64,000 bases of DNA from a virus. The position numbers and the translations under genes are program-made. Under the pieces are notes generated by a model, which saw only the letters and a program-made list of their open reading frames with translations, had not been told where the DNA came from and did no database searches. Below are positions 18,350 to 28,237 of this stretch, one piece after another; within the stretch, counting starts at the first letter, position 1, and each line of letters starts with the position of its first letter. The stretch spans positions 32,001 through 96,000 of IMG/VR virus record IMGVR_UViG_3300042884_001120; one strand, 5' to 3'.

Positions 18350-19833
18350 AGCAATTCTTCGCCATCTTGTTCTTCCTTGTAATCTCTATCAAATATATCA
18401 ACCTTTACGCCAGATTTTGAGTCAACAATATCCTGCAACGTTCCCTTTTCCTGAACATCGAAATTATTTACATTAAACGAAATAAAGTTCTTTTTATATT
18501 TGAATTGATTGCCATCTTTAACTTTGATTAGATCATTATGCCCATGAGCATTTTTACCTTGATATCTGGCCGCAAGTTCGATCATCTTATGTGTTCCATA
18601 TTGAATTCCATCTTCAGCCTGTTCCTCTAGAGTCTTTCTTCTAAAGATACCAACGTATGCGGCAAACCACTGTAGACGATCACTCTGCGAGATTGCCGAA
18701 CTATCATCAGCGCCATTTTCCGCACTTCTATTTAGCTGACATGCTGTTAATAGTGGTATATTCAATCTAACAGAAAGATTCTTCAGCGAGTCAACCTTGT
18801 CGCCAATTAACTGATATTCCTGTTTGTTTTTATCGCCAGTTTCGCCAGTAAGCTTGATGTAATCGTAAACAACCATAGCTGGATTACCACGACCAACTTC
18901 ACTTAAATACCATCTCTGAATAATAGATTCAATTTCTTGAACTGGTTTTCCAGCCACCTGCATATGATTAACCCTGCCTTGAATTAGTGAGAGTTCTGTT
19001 TTCTTGCTATTCCATCTGGCCAATAATTCTTTATTATTTTTAAAGTTACCAGTTTCCAAATACCACATCGGAATACCTGTTATGCTACTAGCGATACGAA
19101 ATTTCATTACGTTAGTTTGCATTTCCGTATCAAGGATAAGTGCTCGCATATTAGGATTGATAATAGTAGATTTAGTTGCTATATCATTAAGAATAGTACT
19201 TTTACCATGCTTTGGCCTAGATACCCAAGCATATAATTCACCGGGCCTCAGTCCACCATACATTTGATTAAAATGTTTATATGGTGTCATATAACCAAGT
19301 TCCGCAACTGGCGCGTTGGCCCTCTCTTCAATTAATTGTTCTATATTGGCAAACAAATCCTCTGGTTTTACATCTAAATCATAGGCGCTAATCTTGTCAT
19401 TATACATCTTATCGGCAAGACTGATAATTTGATCTGGATTTTGATCTCCAGAGTTCAACATTGAGTCCTGAATTTGGGAACAGGTGTCAAATAGTTCCCT
19501 GCGAATGGTAACTGTTTTCAGTTCTTTACAGGCCTCAAGAAGAGATTTTTCACTTATTTTGATGAAAGTTAAGCCCTCGATGTAATCGAAAACATTAAAA
19601 TCCTGTTTATTAAATGTAATCCCTAAATTCTTTATCTTCTCCGAAAGAATAACTGCATCCAGAGGATGGTTATGCATTATTTGGTTTTTTATTACATTAA
19701 AAATAGTCTTGTGCCCATTCGTAAAGTCTTGCTCATTGATAAAATGAGAAACGTCATGATATACTTTTGGATGTTTTATGAATCCCGCAAGTACATGTTT
19801 TTCTACGTTAACGCTACGAATTTTTTGCTGCAT
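18346..19833 (-). CDS. dnaB: replicative DNA helicase
   Basis: Walker A SRPKHGKST, LDTEM, VYDYIK, ACQLNR, SQSDRLQW. Confidence 0.92.
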   Translation of the reverse strand: MQQKIRSVNVEKHVLAGFIKHPKVYHDVSHFINEQDFTNGHKTIFNVIKNQIMHNHPLDAVILSEKIKNLGITFNKQDFNVFDYIEGLTFIKISEKSLLEACKELKTVTIRRELFDTCSQIQDSMLNSGDQNPDQIISLADKMYNDKISAYDLDVKPEDLFANIEQLIEERANAPVAELGYMTPYKHFNQMYGGLRPGELYAWVSRPKHGKSTILNDIATKSTIINPNMRALILDTEMQTNVMKFRIASSITGIPMWYLETGNFKNNKELLARWNSKKTELSLIQGRVNHMQVAGKPVQEIESIIQRWYLSEVGRGNPAMVVYDYIKLTGETGDKNKQEYQLIGDKVDSLKNLSVRLNIPLLTACQLNRSAENGADDSSAISQSDRLQWFAAYVGIFRRKTLEEQAEDGIQYGTHKMIELAARYQGKNAHGHNDLIKVKDGNQFKYKKNFISFNVNNFDVQEKGTLQDIVDSKSGVKVDIFDRDYKEEQDGEELL

Positions 19834-20422
19834 ATATTTTTTGTTCTATAAATTCATGGTAAACCTTTTTTACATCATTTGCAAGATCAGAAAGGTCTTC
19901 CGGAGCATATGTTGGCCAAATTACAGAGTAATCTGCGCTATCTTTAATTAATTTATCATTAATTGATTCGTCCATATTTGCTGGTGGAACAATATCGCCA
20001 TTAATGTCCTTTCTTTCTATATGGATTAGAATACCTTTCATTTTTTCTTTAAGCCAAAAAACTTCGTCTTCTGGATATTGCAGATATCTAACATCTGGAA
20101 CTATGCAAATTTCTGGAGACTCTATTTCTACCTTTTTAGTGAGAAGGTTAGTCCAATACTTTCCTTCTGATTGCTGTCTTTTTACTTTACCATACCAAAC
20201 TAGCATTTCTCTAAAAATAGCCTTTTCTTCTGTCTTGTCAGTCCAAACGTCAAGATTAAGCTTTGATGATATAAACTCCTTACAGTCATGCTTTAGTGGT
20301 TCCGCTAAAGAGCTTTTAATTGCTTTAAAATTATTTTGTTTTAAAATTTCTAAAAGATTATTGGCGAAACTGTCTTTTCCAGATCTGGCGACCCCTCCTA
20401 TGCCTATATAAAAAATACTCAT
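19814..20422 (-). CDS. deoxynucleoside monophosphate kinase
   Basis: GIGGVARSGKDS P-loop, SLAEPLK, R..LV.YG, IVPDVRY..E. Confidence 0.8.
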   Translation of the reverse strand: MSIFYIGIGGVARSGKDSFANNLLEILKQNNFKAIKSSLAEPLKHDCKEFISSKLNLDVWTDKTEEKAIFREMLVWYGKVKRQQSEGKYWTNLLTKKVEIESPEICIVPDVRYLQYPEDEVFWLKEKMKGILIHIERKDINGDIVPPANMDESINDKLIKDSADYSVIWPTYAPEDLSDLANDVKKVYHEFIEQKIYAAKNS

Positions 20423-20456
20423 ATCTAAAGATATGATATCTTTGTCGAGAAGTAAA

Positions 20457-20873
20457 TTAAATTATTTCTATGTCGAATTTTTCTTTAAACCACTCTATTG
20501 TCAGGTCTTTAATTTCGTGATCAAAGATCTCTATAATCTTAAAGCCATTTTGTTCAAGCCAGTTATATTTTTGTAAATCTCTTTTAAATGATTTTTTAAA
20601 TGCAGTTCTATTCTTGTGAAAGAAGGGTACAAATTTATCGTGCTGTTGTCCATGTGTTTCTACGGCAATTTTCTTGGTTAGATTCAGTAGGTCGCACCTC
20701 ATTCTGCTACCCAAAACTGGAAATTCTTCACAAACTATGTTGCTACCCCAGTATGGCTCAAAAAACTTTTTAACATTTGTTTGCGCCTTGCTCCTGCACG
20801 GCTTGTCCCATTCGGCTAAATATGGGGTTATATTCTTGTTTACATATCTGCCGTATAAGTTTTTAAACTTCAT
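20457..20873 (-). CDS. Vsr/DUF559-like endonuclease
   Basis: EEFPV..MRCD...IAVETHGQQH...DLQK..WLEQNGFKIIEI. Confidence 0.75.
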   Translation of the reverse strand: MKFKNLYGRYVNKNITPYLAEWDKPCRSKAQTNVKKFFEPYWGSNIVCEEFPVLGSRMRCDLLNLTKKIAVETHGQQHDKFVPFFHKNRTAFKKSFKRDLQKYNWLEQNGFKIIEIFDHEIKDLTIEWFKEKFDIEII

Positions 20874-20875
20874 AT

Positions 20876-21226
20876 TTAATAACCTATTTTAACTTCGGCG
20901 TATGAACTATCAAACCATTTTTCTTGTAAGGCTTTCTTGGCTAGAAATCTTTTGTAATTTGCAGCATCAACTTCTTTTCCTAGGCAGGGGTCTAGTTTAA
21001 CTGCATCTACCAGCTCGAATGTTTCAAGATTTGCAACGCATAGGTCATTGTATTCTTTACTCTCAATTATATCTGCGGTTTTTTCTTTTCCAATTTGATT
21101 TGAAATTTCATTCAATAAAGCGCTAAAACTATTTAAATGAATGGAGTTTTCTGTGGATTTGATCATCTTGACTTGATAAACAGATAGAATATCAAAGATG
21201 TACCCTTCTGGCAGTGTTACTTTCAT
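20876..21226 (-). CDS. small helical protein associated with glycosyltransferase clusters (DUF6165-like)
   Basis: GYIFDILSVYQVK, ANLETFELVD, NYKRF..K, EVK; family match is by eye only. Confidence 0.5.
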   Translation of the reverse strand: MKVTLPEGYIFDILSVYQVKMIKSTENSIHLNSFSALLNEISNQIGKEKTADIIESKEYNDLCVANLETFELVDAVKLDPCLGKEVDAANYKRFLAKKALQEKWFDSSYAEVKIGY

Positions 21227-21825
21227 TTTTTTAAATTTATTATTAGTTGCTGTATTTCTTGATGGTGTTTTCCTTCACAAATAATTGGCGAATAAACTGA
21301 TTCATCTACCATGGTTGGATCTATGTACCAGTCTTCAAATTCTTTATTGTCCAGAACTTTAACATCTTTACATATTAACTTTAGCCCATTATGTTTAAAA
21401 ATCTCTCTAGATTTTGTTCGCATATGTTCGTCGCCGGTATAGGCATCATGTTCGAATGTAATGCATCTTACTTTATAAGATTTGAAGTTAAAGCTTTCTA
21501 GGCATGTTAGTGATGCCCCATGATCCAAGTCTAGTGATATATAATCAATTATATTTGGGGCGTTATTTTGATTTAAAATATCACAGATATTTTCTTTTGT
21601 CAAGTCTGCACAAATTGCTGGACTTGCTCTTTTTTGTGAGCAAAGGTTAACAAGATTCGGATCATAATCTACTAATATGCCACTCCATCCCATTTGCTCT
21701 AAAAGGGCAGTGTTATTGTATTTTACTGGTTCATTGCACCCTAAATCTAAAAAGTATCCATTTGTGGAATACTGATTTATATGAGCGGCAAAAACATCTT
21801 GACTCGCCTGAGAATTGGAGTTCAT
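21223..21825 (-). CDS. FkbM/Methyltransf_21-like SAM-dependent methyltransferase
   Basis: SQASQD, GYFLDLGC, NNT..LE..GWSGI, IDYISLD, ITFEHD, EDWY. Confidence 0.85.
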   Translation of the reverse strand: MNSNSQASQDVFAAHINQYSTNGYFLDLGCNEPVKYNNTALLEQMGWSGILVDYDPNLVNLCSQKRASPAICADLTKENICDILNQNNAPNIIDYISLDLDHGASLTCLESFNFKSYKVRCITFEHDAYTGDEHMRTKSREIFKHNGLKLICKDVKVLDNKEFEDWYIDPTMVDESVYSPIICEGKHHQEIQQLIINLKK

Positions 21826-22634
21826 AGCAAATTATGAATAGAATTTATAATATTGTCAAAATTAATATTACTTGCACTGTCTGCTTCTAGAAAAATAGCA
21901 TTTGGATTAATGGGAGTTCTATTTTGGAGCGGCGCACAATGGGGATACGAGTTGGTGGAGTATAGGCCTAATGTTTTATGTTTATAGCCAGACATTATCC
22001 AGTTCATACCTGTATCTGCGGTAACTAAAAATCTACAGGATCTTGCTACTCTAACGTCTTCAAAAATACTTCCACCCACTGCGGGTAAAGTTGTATTGAG
22101 TTTTTCATGTGATGTCAACCCTAATTGAACTGTCCTTAATCCTAAGGAGTGTATATATTCAATAATTTTATTACTCAAATCTTTTGGTACATCCCTTATC
22201 GCACCGGCGCTTGAAAAGGTTGTGAATGCTACATAGTCATCATATTTTTCAATTTTATCTGGCAAATCAGTTAAATCTATCTGCAGGTTACTTGGGGGTG
22301 TTAGATCATGCATTTTGCACACCGCACTTGTATGGTGCTCATATAGATACCATAAATTATTTTTATGTTGGGGCATTGGATTGAAAACTATGTCAAAATT
22401 ATTATTTTTAATATACTCTAGATCAGCATTCGACGGCCAATTGTCGTAATTCTCCCAAATTTTAATTTCATCTATAAGGGAATTGTTTTCAAAAATTGGC
22501 GCACATGATTGATACTTTTTATTTATCCCAAAAACTAAATGCGATCTAGGATATTTTTCTTTAAATGCTCTACATGCGATTAAATTCATGGCTAAATCGC
22601 CAATTTGTCCTTGATTAAATCCTATTGCTTTCAT
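21822..22634 (-). CDS. GT9 (heptosyltransferase-like) glycosyltransferase
   Basis: QGQIGDL, LVTADTGMNW. Confidence 0.8.
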   Translation of the reverse strand: MKAIGFNQGQIGDLAMNLIACRAFKEKYPRSHLVFGINKKYQSCAPIFENNSLIDEIKIWENYDNWPSNADLEYIKNNNFDIVFNPMPQHKNNLWYLYEHHTSAVCKMHDLTPPSNLQIDLTDLPDKIEKYDDYVAFTTFSSAGAIRDVPKDLSNKIIEYIHSLGLRTVQLGLTSHEKLNTTLPAVGGSIFEDVRVARSCRFLVTADTGMNWIMSGYKHKTLGLYSTNSYPHCAPLQNRTPINPNAIFLEADSASNINFDNIINSIHNLL

Positions 22635-23302
22635 GATATTTTCTCTACAGTGCCAGCTATTAAATCGCGTCTCTCTATATTACCATTCTCGTCTTCCCTG
22701 ACGCTGTATCTTCCGTTATTACAGAATAACATTTCCCAGTTATGGTGAACTTTATAGTTATTTTTTTTAAAATGATTTTGTGTTGATTCCTCGCTCCAGA
22801 ATATTTTGTGCTCAAATGGTCCCGGTCCGCCATAGGCTAAAGTGGGATTTTCTAGTATAGTATTTTTATTAATAAAATGAGCGCGTTCTGAGTATCTATC
22901 ATTATGCCCCGCACCACCAGAAAGGTCAATTGATGCATATTCGCTCTCGCAGGTTTTTATCATTTCGTGTAATTCTTTTTCTTCAAAATCTCTGCACATA
23001 TATTGATCATTTTGTACGTACATACAATAATCTGTATCACAAAAATTAAATAATGTGTTCGTGCCATGACCGCATCCGTAATTTTTCTTGCTGAGTATAA
23101 GCCTATCTATAAGATTAAGATTGTAAAATTCTCCTAAATAATCTTGTGTTCCGCCATTGCTAAGAAGCACGACTTCATAATCATTAAAACGAGTAAACTG
23201 TTTAATAGAAGACAAGCAAGCAGCTGTTTCAGACGGCTTGTTAAAATCCATGACAAGAAATGTCAACTTATGGTTAAAAAGATTTCTATTTCCGTAGTCC
23301 AT
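22631..23302 (-). CDS. GT2-like (GT-A fold) glycosyltransferase
   Basis: TFLVMDFNKP...CLSSI, EVVLLSNG, NYGCG.G.N, YVQND. Confidence 0.78.
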   Translation of the reverse strand: MDYGNRNLFNHKLTFLVMDFNKPSETAACLSSIKQFTRFNDYEVVLLSNGGTQDYLGEFYNLNLIDRLILSKKNYGCGHGTNTLFNFCDTDYCMYVQNDQYMCRDFEEKELHEMIKTCESEYASIDLSGGAGHNDRYSERAHFINKNTILENPTLAYGGPGPFEHKIFWSEESTQNHFKKNNYKVHHNWEMLFCNNGRYSVREDENGNIERRDLIAGTVEKIS

Positions 23303-23304
23303 AA

Positions 23305-24132
23305 TTATATTATATGATCAGAGTAATGATTTAGGTTATTCAAAATAACTTCGGGAAAATATTTATCAATATTAACGCGAGAGAATGGTGTCTCTTTCTT
23401 ATCAAGTTGCTCAAGATGAATAAAAAACCTATCACCCGATTGTTTAAACTTTTCAAAGTGTTCTTTGAATTGCTCCAGTGATGGGAGTTTTGTTTTGTCA
23501 AATGGCTCTATACATGAAAGACTTTTCTGGTAAATTTTTTCATATCCACCTAGCCAGCTAAAGTGCCATCCCGCATTTACTATTAATGGGTAATAATCTT
23601 TACTGTTCCTAATTGATTGGCAGCTATGCTGTTTGAATGTACTGAAATTACATGCCGTGGTTCCCACCCAAGATCTGTTTGAGGCTTTTAAATTTAAAAA
23701 GTATGCAAAAAAATCAAGCTCTAAAGAATAAATTAGGTCATGATTTTTCGGGTCTGAAAAAACTGTTTTTAAAGCCTGTATTGATTGCTGTCTGGGTATT
23801 TCATCAAGATCAGAAATCATTATTATATCTCTGGCATCTGGGTGTAGATCTATTACCGCTTTTTGAATGTAGTTTCTTTGGAAGTTCTCCATATTCCATA
23901 AATTATCATCATTATTAACGCATTCATTTTTTGGTATTTTGATATGCACTATTTTATCTTGGAATTTAGAAAGTTTATGTTTATTGTCTTCAAAGTAAAA
24001 TGGTTTATCCAGAAGACTCTGTGTTACGGCCGCCTCTACTAGTACAAATTTATCTACATGGCTATAAAGTTCTTCTAGCCTTACCTGCAGAAGATCTAGT
24101 TCGTTAAAAAATGTGAAACAATCAATTATCAT
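23305..24132 (-). CDS. GT17 (beta-1,4-GlcNAc transferase III-like) glycosyltransferase
   Basis: MIIDCFTFFNELDLL..RL.EL..VD.FVLVE, E.FQRN, SDLDEIP, GWHFSWLG. Confidence 0.9.
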   Translation of the reverse strand: MIIDCFTFFNELDLLQVRLEELYSHVDKFVLVEAAVTQSLLDKPFYFEDNKHKLSKFQDKIVHIKIPKNECVNNDDNLWNMENFQRNYIQKAVIDLHPDARDIIMISDLDEIPRQQSIQALKTVFSDPKNHDLIYSLELDFFAYFLNLKASNRSWVGTTACNFSTFKQHSCQSIRNSKDYYPLIVNAGWHFSWLGGYEKIYQKSLSCIEPFDKTKLPSLEQFKEHFEKFKQSGDRFFIHLEQLDKKETPFSRVNIDKYFPEVILNNLNHYSDHII

Positions 24133-24797
24133 AATTTAGGCAGTCTTTCATTGGGTATCAATACTAAATGTTTATGTGTATTCGGGATGGGATTCCAGTC
24201 TGCATCTTGCAATATATTACCATGCGGATTATCAATAATTGAGTATTGGTAGTCTTTTAAGTTATTAAAGTTAAAACCGCCATCCTCAGGCCACTTCCAG
24301 TGAGGATTATTTTGATAGTCATCTTTATTATTTTTTGAAGATGCGTGTATTTCTACATGAATCGTCGGGCGCTTATTCTCGAAAAGGAAATCAAAAGTAT
24401 TTAATACGATGCTTTCCATGCCTTCAATATCCATTTTAATAAAATCTGGTAAATCTATATTATGTATTTTTATAAAATCGTTTAGTCGTGAATATTTAAT
24501 TGGCTGCTCTCTATTTCTTTCTCCGTGAATTCTAAATTCTGAACAGTCTTTAAAGCGAGTGTTACAGTCATAATTTTTATCGTTAAGCGCTATGTTGTAG
24601 CAATGAATATTGTTGTGTCCTGAAGTATTATTCAATAAATCAGAAAAATTTAATGTAGAGGGTTCAAATGTAAATACTTTTCTTGCGCCAAGATTTACAA
24701 ATTTAATACTCATTTCACCAATATATCCGCCAATATCATAAACTATACTATTGGGTTCTAAGTATGTTTGATATAAAATGTCTTCGATGTTATTCAT
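24129..24797 (-). CDS. FkbM family methyltransferase
   Basis: VYDIGGYIG, VFTFEP, PDFIKMDIEGME, IHVEIH. Confidence 0.9.
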   Translation of the reverse strand: MNNIEDILYQTYLEPNSIVYDIGGYIGEMSIKFVNLGARKVFTFEPSTLNFSDLLNNTSGHNNIHCYNIALNDKNYDCNTRFKDCSEFRIHGERNREQPIKYSRLNDFIKIHNIDLPDFIKMDIEGMESIVLNTFDFLFENKRPTIHVEIHASSKNNKDDYQNNPHWKWPEDGGFNFNNLKDYQYSIIDNPHGNILQDADWNPIPNTHKHLVLIPNERLPKL

Positions 24798-24799
24798 GG

Positions 24800-25755
24800 T
24801 TATATATATTTTCTTTGTATTATTGTATTTTCTATTGTATTTCCGTATTCGGGAAACATGCTTGATGCTGGATGTAGGGTTGAATTAATTACTAATTGAG
24901 ATATCGCATTTATATCGTAATGCATTGGTAGTACATATTTCTCAAATACTAGCCACCTTAATAGGTGCGAAGGCGCGGGATTAAATGGTTGTTTACAGTA
25001 CTTAGAAAAAACATAGGTAGGTTTTCCGTAGTGTAGTGGGAAATATCTCAATCCAGAGTCTACGCCAATAAAGGCGGAACATGCCTCGCTTAATGCAAAA
25101 AAATCTTCTAGTGAGCAATCTGTCAAAGTAAAGTTTGGATATTGAAGATCTGAGATTTCTTTATAAAAATCCATATATTCGGTTTGACACACCGAAACAA
25201 CCTGCTTACCAGACGCTAATAGCTTTTTAAGCAATGCTATAACATACCACTGTTCAACATTATGATCAGAGTTGGGTCTTGGGTAAAGATGTGTAAGAAT
25301 ATAACTATCTTTAATATCAGACAACTGATTATTTATCTCTGGTCTTGGAAAGAAATAAAAATATCGTTTCCAATCAAAACTATAATTTAGCCAGTCAAGG
25401 TTGTCTATGCACAGGTTATAGAAGTAATCTGAGTCGTTAAGTAGTTTAATATATTGATCTGGTAGATTATCTAGATGGCAGTTATAAACCTCTTCTCCAA
25501 ACTGGCTTTTTACTTTAAAATCTTTACTTTTTCTACTTTCAATTACTTTGCAATTATTATTTGTATAAATACTTGGCCAAGCATACTTAAGCAAATTTAT
25601 CTGTTTGTGGTTATTTTCAGTATCTGAATAGAAATTTAATTGAGCATTAGGGTGCTTTTCCCTGATGGCCGCGACAAATCTATTAGATAGAAGATGATCT
25701 CCGATACCTAACCGCCCTCAAGACGAATAGAAACAGTGTGCTTACTTGGGGGCAA
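24800..25755 (-). CDS. GT9-like glycosyltransferase with a 5-nt frame disruption near the N-terminus (bypass candidate or pseudogene)
   Basis: TTG 25755 gives MPPSKHTVSIRLEGG-stop. The downstream frame reads GIGDHLLSNRFVAAIREKHPNA... into ORF 24800..25594, which contains FIGVDSG. Confidence 0.7.
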
Positions 25756-26584
25756 TTAAACCACCCCCTTGTACTTGTGAAAAAAAATCTTCCATTTTAA
25801 GTTTTTTTCTGTTTAAAAAAATGTTTGCATCTTTATATAGAAAGTTATATATAGATAGTATATCTTCTTGCGAATAAATGCAAGTATTATATAAATTAAA
25901 ATTTGTATATTTAGAGATAGAAACCCTTGGTCTTACTCCTGTAAGCTTTTGTATATGAAACTTAGCTTTTTCGTGCCATTCTTTTGTACTAATGATAGAA
26001 AATTCCCCGTTAATATAATTTCTTTGGTTTTTTTTAATTTTAAAACAGCCATCCCCATCAAACATTCCTCTTATATAGTGCCTAATTAATTCTTTTTGTA
26101 GATTTGGGAATTTTAAATTTACGGTCTTGTCTTGAATGCATCCAAAAGACAATAAGTCTTCACTGATTTTTCTTATGGGAACATAAAGTTTGTGCATGTT
26201 TTTTTTGCCCTTCTTTCCGGGTGGACGGTTTTGTAACGGCCTATCCCCAAAAAATAGAGAACTTATATTTTTTAGTATATAACCATCTTCTTCTTGTAGA
26301 GATATTTCGATCTTTCCTCTTTTTACATCGTTATAACCATCTGCATGAAAGAGCCCTAAAAAATAAGCTTTTTCTTGGGTATCGATGCTTGTAAAAATAT
26401 TTTTATTAGTTGGATATAATATATTTCTTTTTTGTATTGCTCCGTTCTTTTTAAGAACGTAATAAATTTGGTCCTTTGTCAGTCCTAATTCTGAAGAAAT
26501 TTCGTTGTATGGCTTTCCATCTAAATATAAGGATTTCATAGTGCATAACTGCTTTTCGGTGGGATAAAACGGTTCTTGTCTCAT
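25742..26584 (-). mobile_element. free-standing double-motif LAGLIDADG homing endonuclease with N-terminal HTH
   Basis: AYFLGLFHADG, HYIRGMFDGDG, YNFLYKDA..FL.RK; GTGTAA 9 nt before the ATG. Confidence 0.88.
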
Positions 26585-26622
26585 TAAATGATATTACACT
26601 CCTTCCGATCGTACAGTCGTTA

Positions 26623-27723
26623 TTATTTTGCTAGTGCGCCCTTGAACTTATTGAATAAGTAAAGACAAATTTCTTTATTTTCTTCCAAGAAAGTTCTTAA
26701 CTTTTCCATTCCTTGGATCGTGCTTGGTACTGCTTGCCCAGTTTCTTTTGCTACTTCGTCTATTAATTTAGAATCAAGATTAATCCATGCTCCAGCCTTT
26801 TTTGCAAAACCCCATTGAATTAGCATGTCAGATACTTCGTATTCAATCCAAATGCTATTTCCACCAGTTCTACCATGGCGAATTGGGTACAATATTTCAG
26901 TTCCTTCCTTCTCGTTCGTGGTCTTTCGGAGAAGAATTTTTGCCCAATGACCAATAATTTTTCCATCTTCAACTATCTGGTCTGCTTTATACCTAGGTTG
27001 GAACTCGAAAATCCAATCAGCATAATGCTGTAGAGCATTGCCACCAGAACTATTTGTAAGTTTTGGATCTGTTTTGGCGTACGGATTAATTTGAACATTA
27101 GAACGCACCTGTGAGATTAGCGCGCAAACGTGTCCAAAAGTTGATAGTGGCAACATGATCATTTTTAGAAAATGCGAACTAATAACTGCTCCAGCGGCGA
27201 CTTTTTGACTATCTTCAAAGCCCTTGGCGGCATCGTTTTTAGCGATAAGCGCATCCATGCTATCAATTAAAAAATAATATCTAGATTCGTCTGGATTATT
27301 CTTAATTAATTCCAAGATAATACTTGCAACATTTTCATAAATATTAGTACGCAATACGAAGCAAGTTCCATCAACCCAATCTTCGGCCTTGTCTACAAAC
27401 TTAACTCCAGATACGTTTTTTACATTAGAGTTAAGCCTTCCTTCTGCTTTAACTAGAAAACCCTTACCCTTTGGTACCGTATCTAGGAAATTCTTCATAA
27501 TAAGAAGAGCGGAACTGGTTTTTCCACCACCACTTACTCCAGTAAAACGTAAAATTGCTGGAACTTCTAACGATCCCCCCATCTCTGAATCCAAGAGGAG
27601 TGAGCCCGTAGATACGTTAAAAATTTTTTCGTCTTCAAAGTTATAGTGTTCACCTTTCGTGCTCTTTAGAAAGGATGCTAATACGGATTGACTTGAGTTT
27701 GATTTTACTTCTTCTTTTGCCAT
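26623..27723 (-). CDS. recA: RecA/UvsX-like recombinase
   Basis: STGSLLLD, GVSGGGKTS, KAEGRL, IDSMDAL, ISQVR, SGGNALQHYA, KAGAW. Confidence 0.9.
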   Translation of the reverse strand: MAKEEVKSNSSQSVLASFLKSTKGEHYNFEDEKIFNVSTGSLLLDSEMGGSLEVPAILRFTGVSGGGKTSSALLIMKNFLDTVPKGKGFLVKAEGRLNSNVKNVSGVKFVDKAEDWVDGTCFVLRTNIYENVASIILELIKNNPDESRYYFLIDSMDALIAKNDAAKGFEDSQKVAAGAVISSHFLKMIMLPLSTFGHVCALISQVRSNVQINPYAKTDPKLTNSSGGNALQHYADWIFEFQPRYKADQIVEDGKIIGHWAKILLRKTTNEKEGTEILYPIRHGRTGGNSIWIEYEVSDMLIQWGFAKKAGAWINLDSKLIDEVAKETGQAVPSTIQGMEKLRTFLEENKEICLYLFNKFKGALAK

Positions 27724-28223
27724 AAATTTAAAAATTCTCGCACTGTCATAGGTGCTTGTACAGTTTCACCTATTTTTCCCTGAAACTCAATATTATTATT
27801 TTCCAGAACAAAATTCTGTGGTTTTTCAGGTTCAAAAATGAATTTTTTGTATTCAGTATTTAACATTTTCCTTCCTTCGTCGGAAAGGAACCAGCAAAGA
27901 CTATTTAACTGAAATCTTAATGTTAAAGAATTCCAGAATAAATCATTTGGAAAAATTTTTAGGAGAGAATTTACTATCTTCATCTCTCTTGGCCAGACTA
28001 TACTCGCGTCTGGTTTAGTAAACTTTAAAACAAAATCTCTTTTATTTAGACTCGTATTCCGAACAGCCTTCGCAGGTTTCTTTTTGGATTTTGAAAATTT
28101 CCCTCTTTTCGCAGAAGAATCCTTTGTCTGTATAGTTTCCCCCTCTACAGGCACATCTAGTAATAAGTCTTTCCTGCTCATCTTGTGAGCGGAATTTACA
28201 AGTGCTAAGTTTTTCTTCTCCAT
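27705..28223 (-). CDS. hypothetical protein (start uncertain; 5' part overlaps the Cys-rich ORF)
   Basis: Core NKRDFVLKF...WPREMKI...FW. The first ~55 codons overlap 28042..28227 in another frame. Confidence 0.65.
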   Translation of the reverse strand: MEKKNLALVNSAHKMSRKDLLLDVPVEGETIQTKDSSAKRGKFSKSKKKPAKAVRNTSLNKRDFVLKFTKPDASIVWPREMKIVNSLLKIFPNDLFWNSLTLRFQLNSLCWFLSDEGRKMLNTEYKKFIFEPEKPQNFVLENNNIEFQGKIGETVQAPMTVREFLNLWQKKK

Positions 28224-28227
28224 TCAT
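28042..28227 (-). CDS. small Cys-rich (putative Zn-binding) protein, paralog of 39992..40207
   Basis: The pattern TCKFR..CAC..GFFC..REIF..CEGC..Y is shared with 39992..40207. Confidence 0.7.
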   Translation of the reverse strand: MNGEEKLSTCKFRSQDEQERLITRCACRGGNYTDKGFFCEKREIFKIQKETCEGCSEYESK

Positions 28228-28237
28228 AAGGATTATG

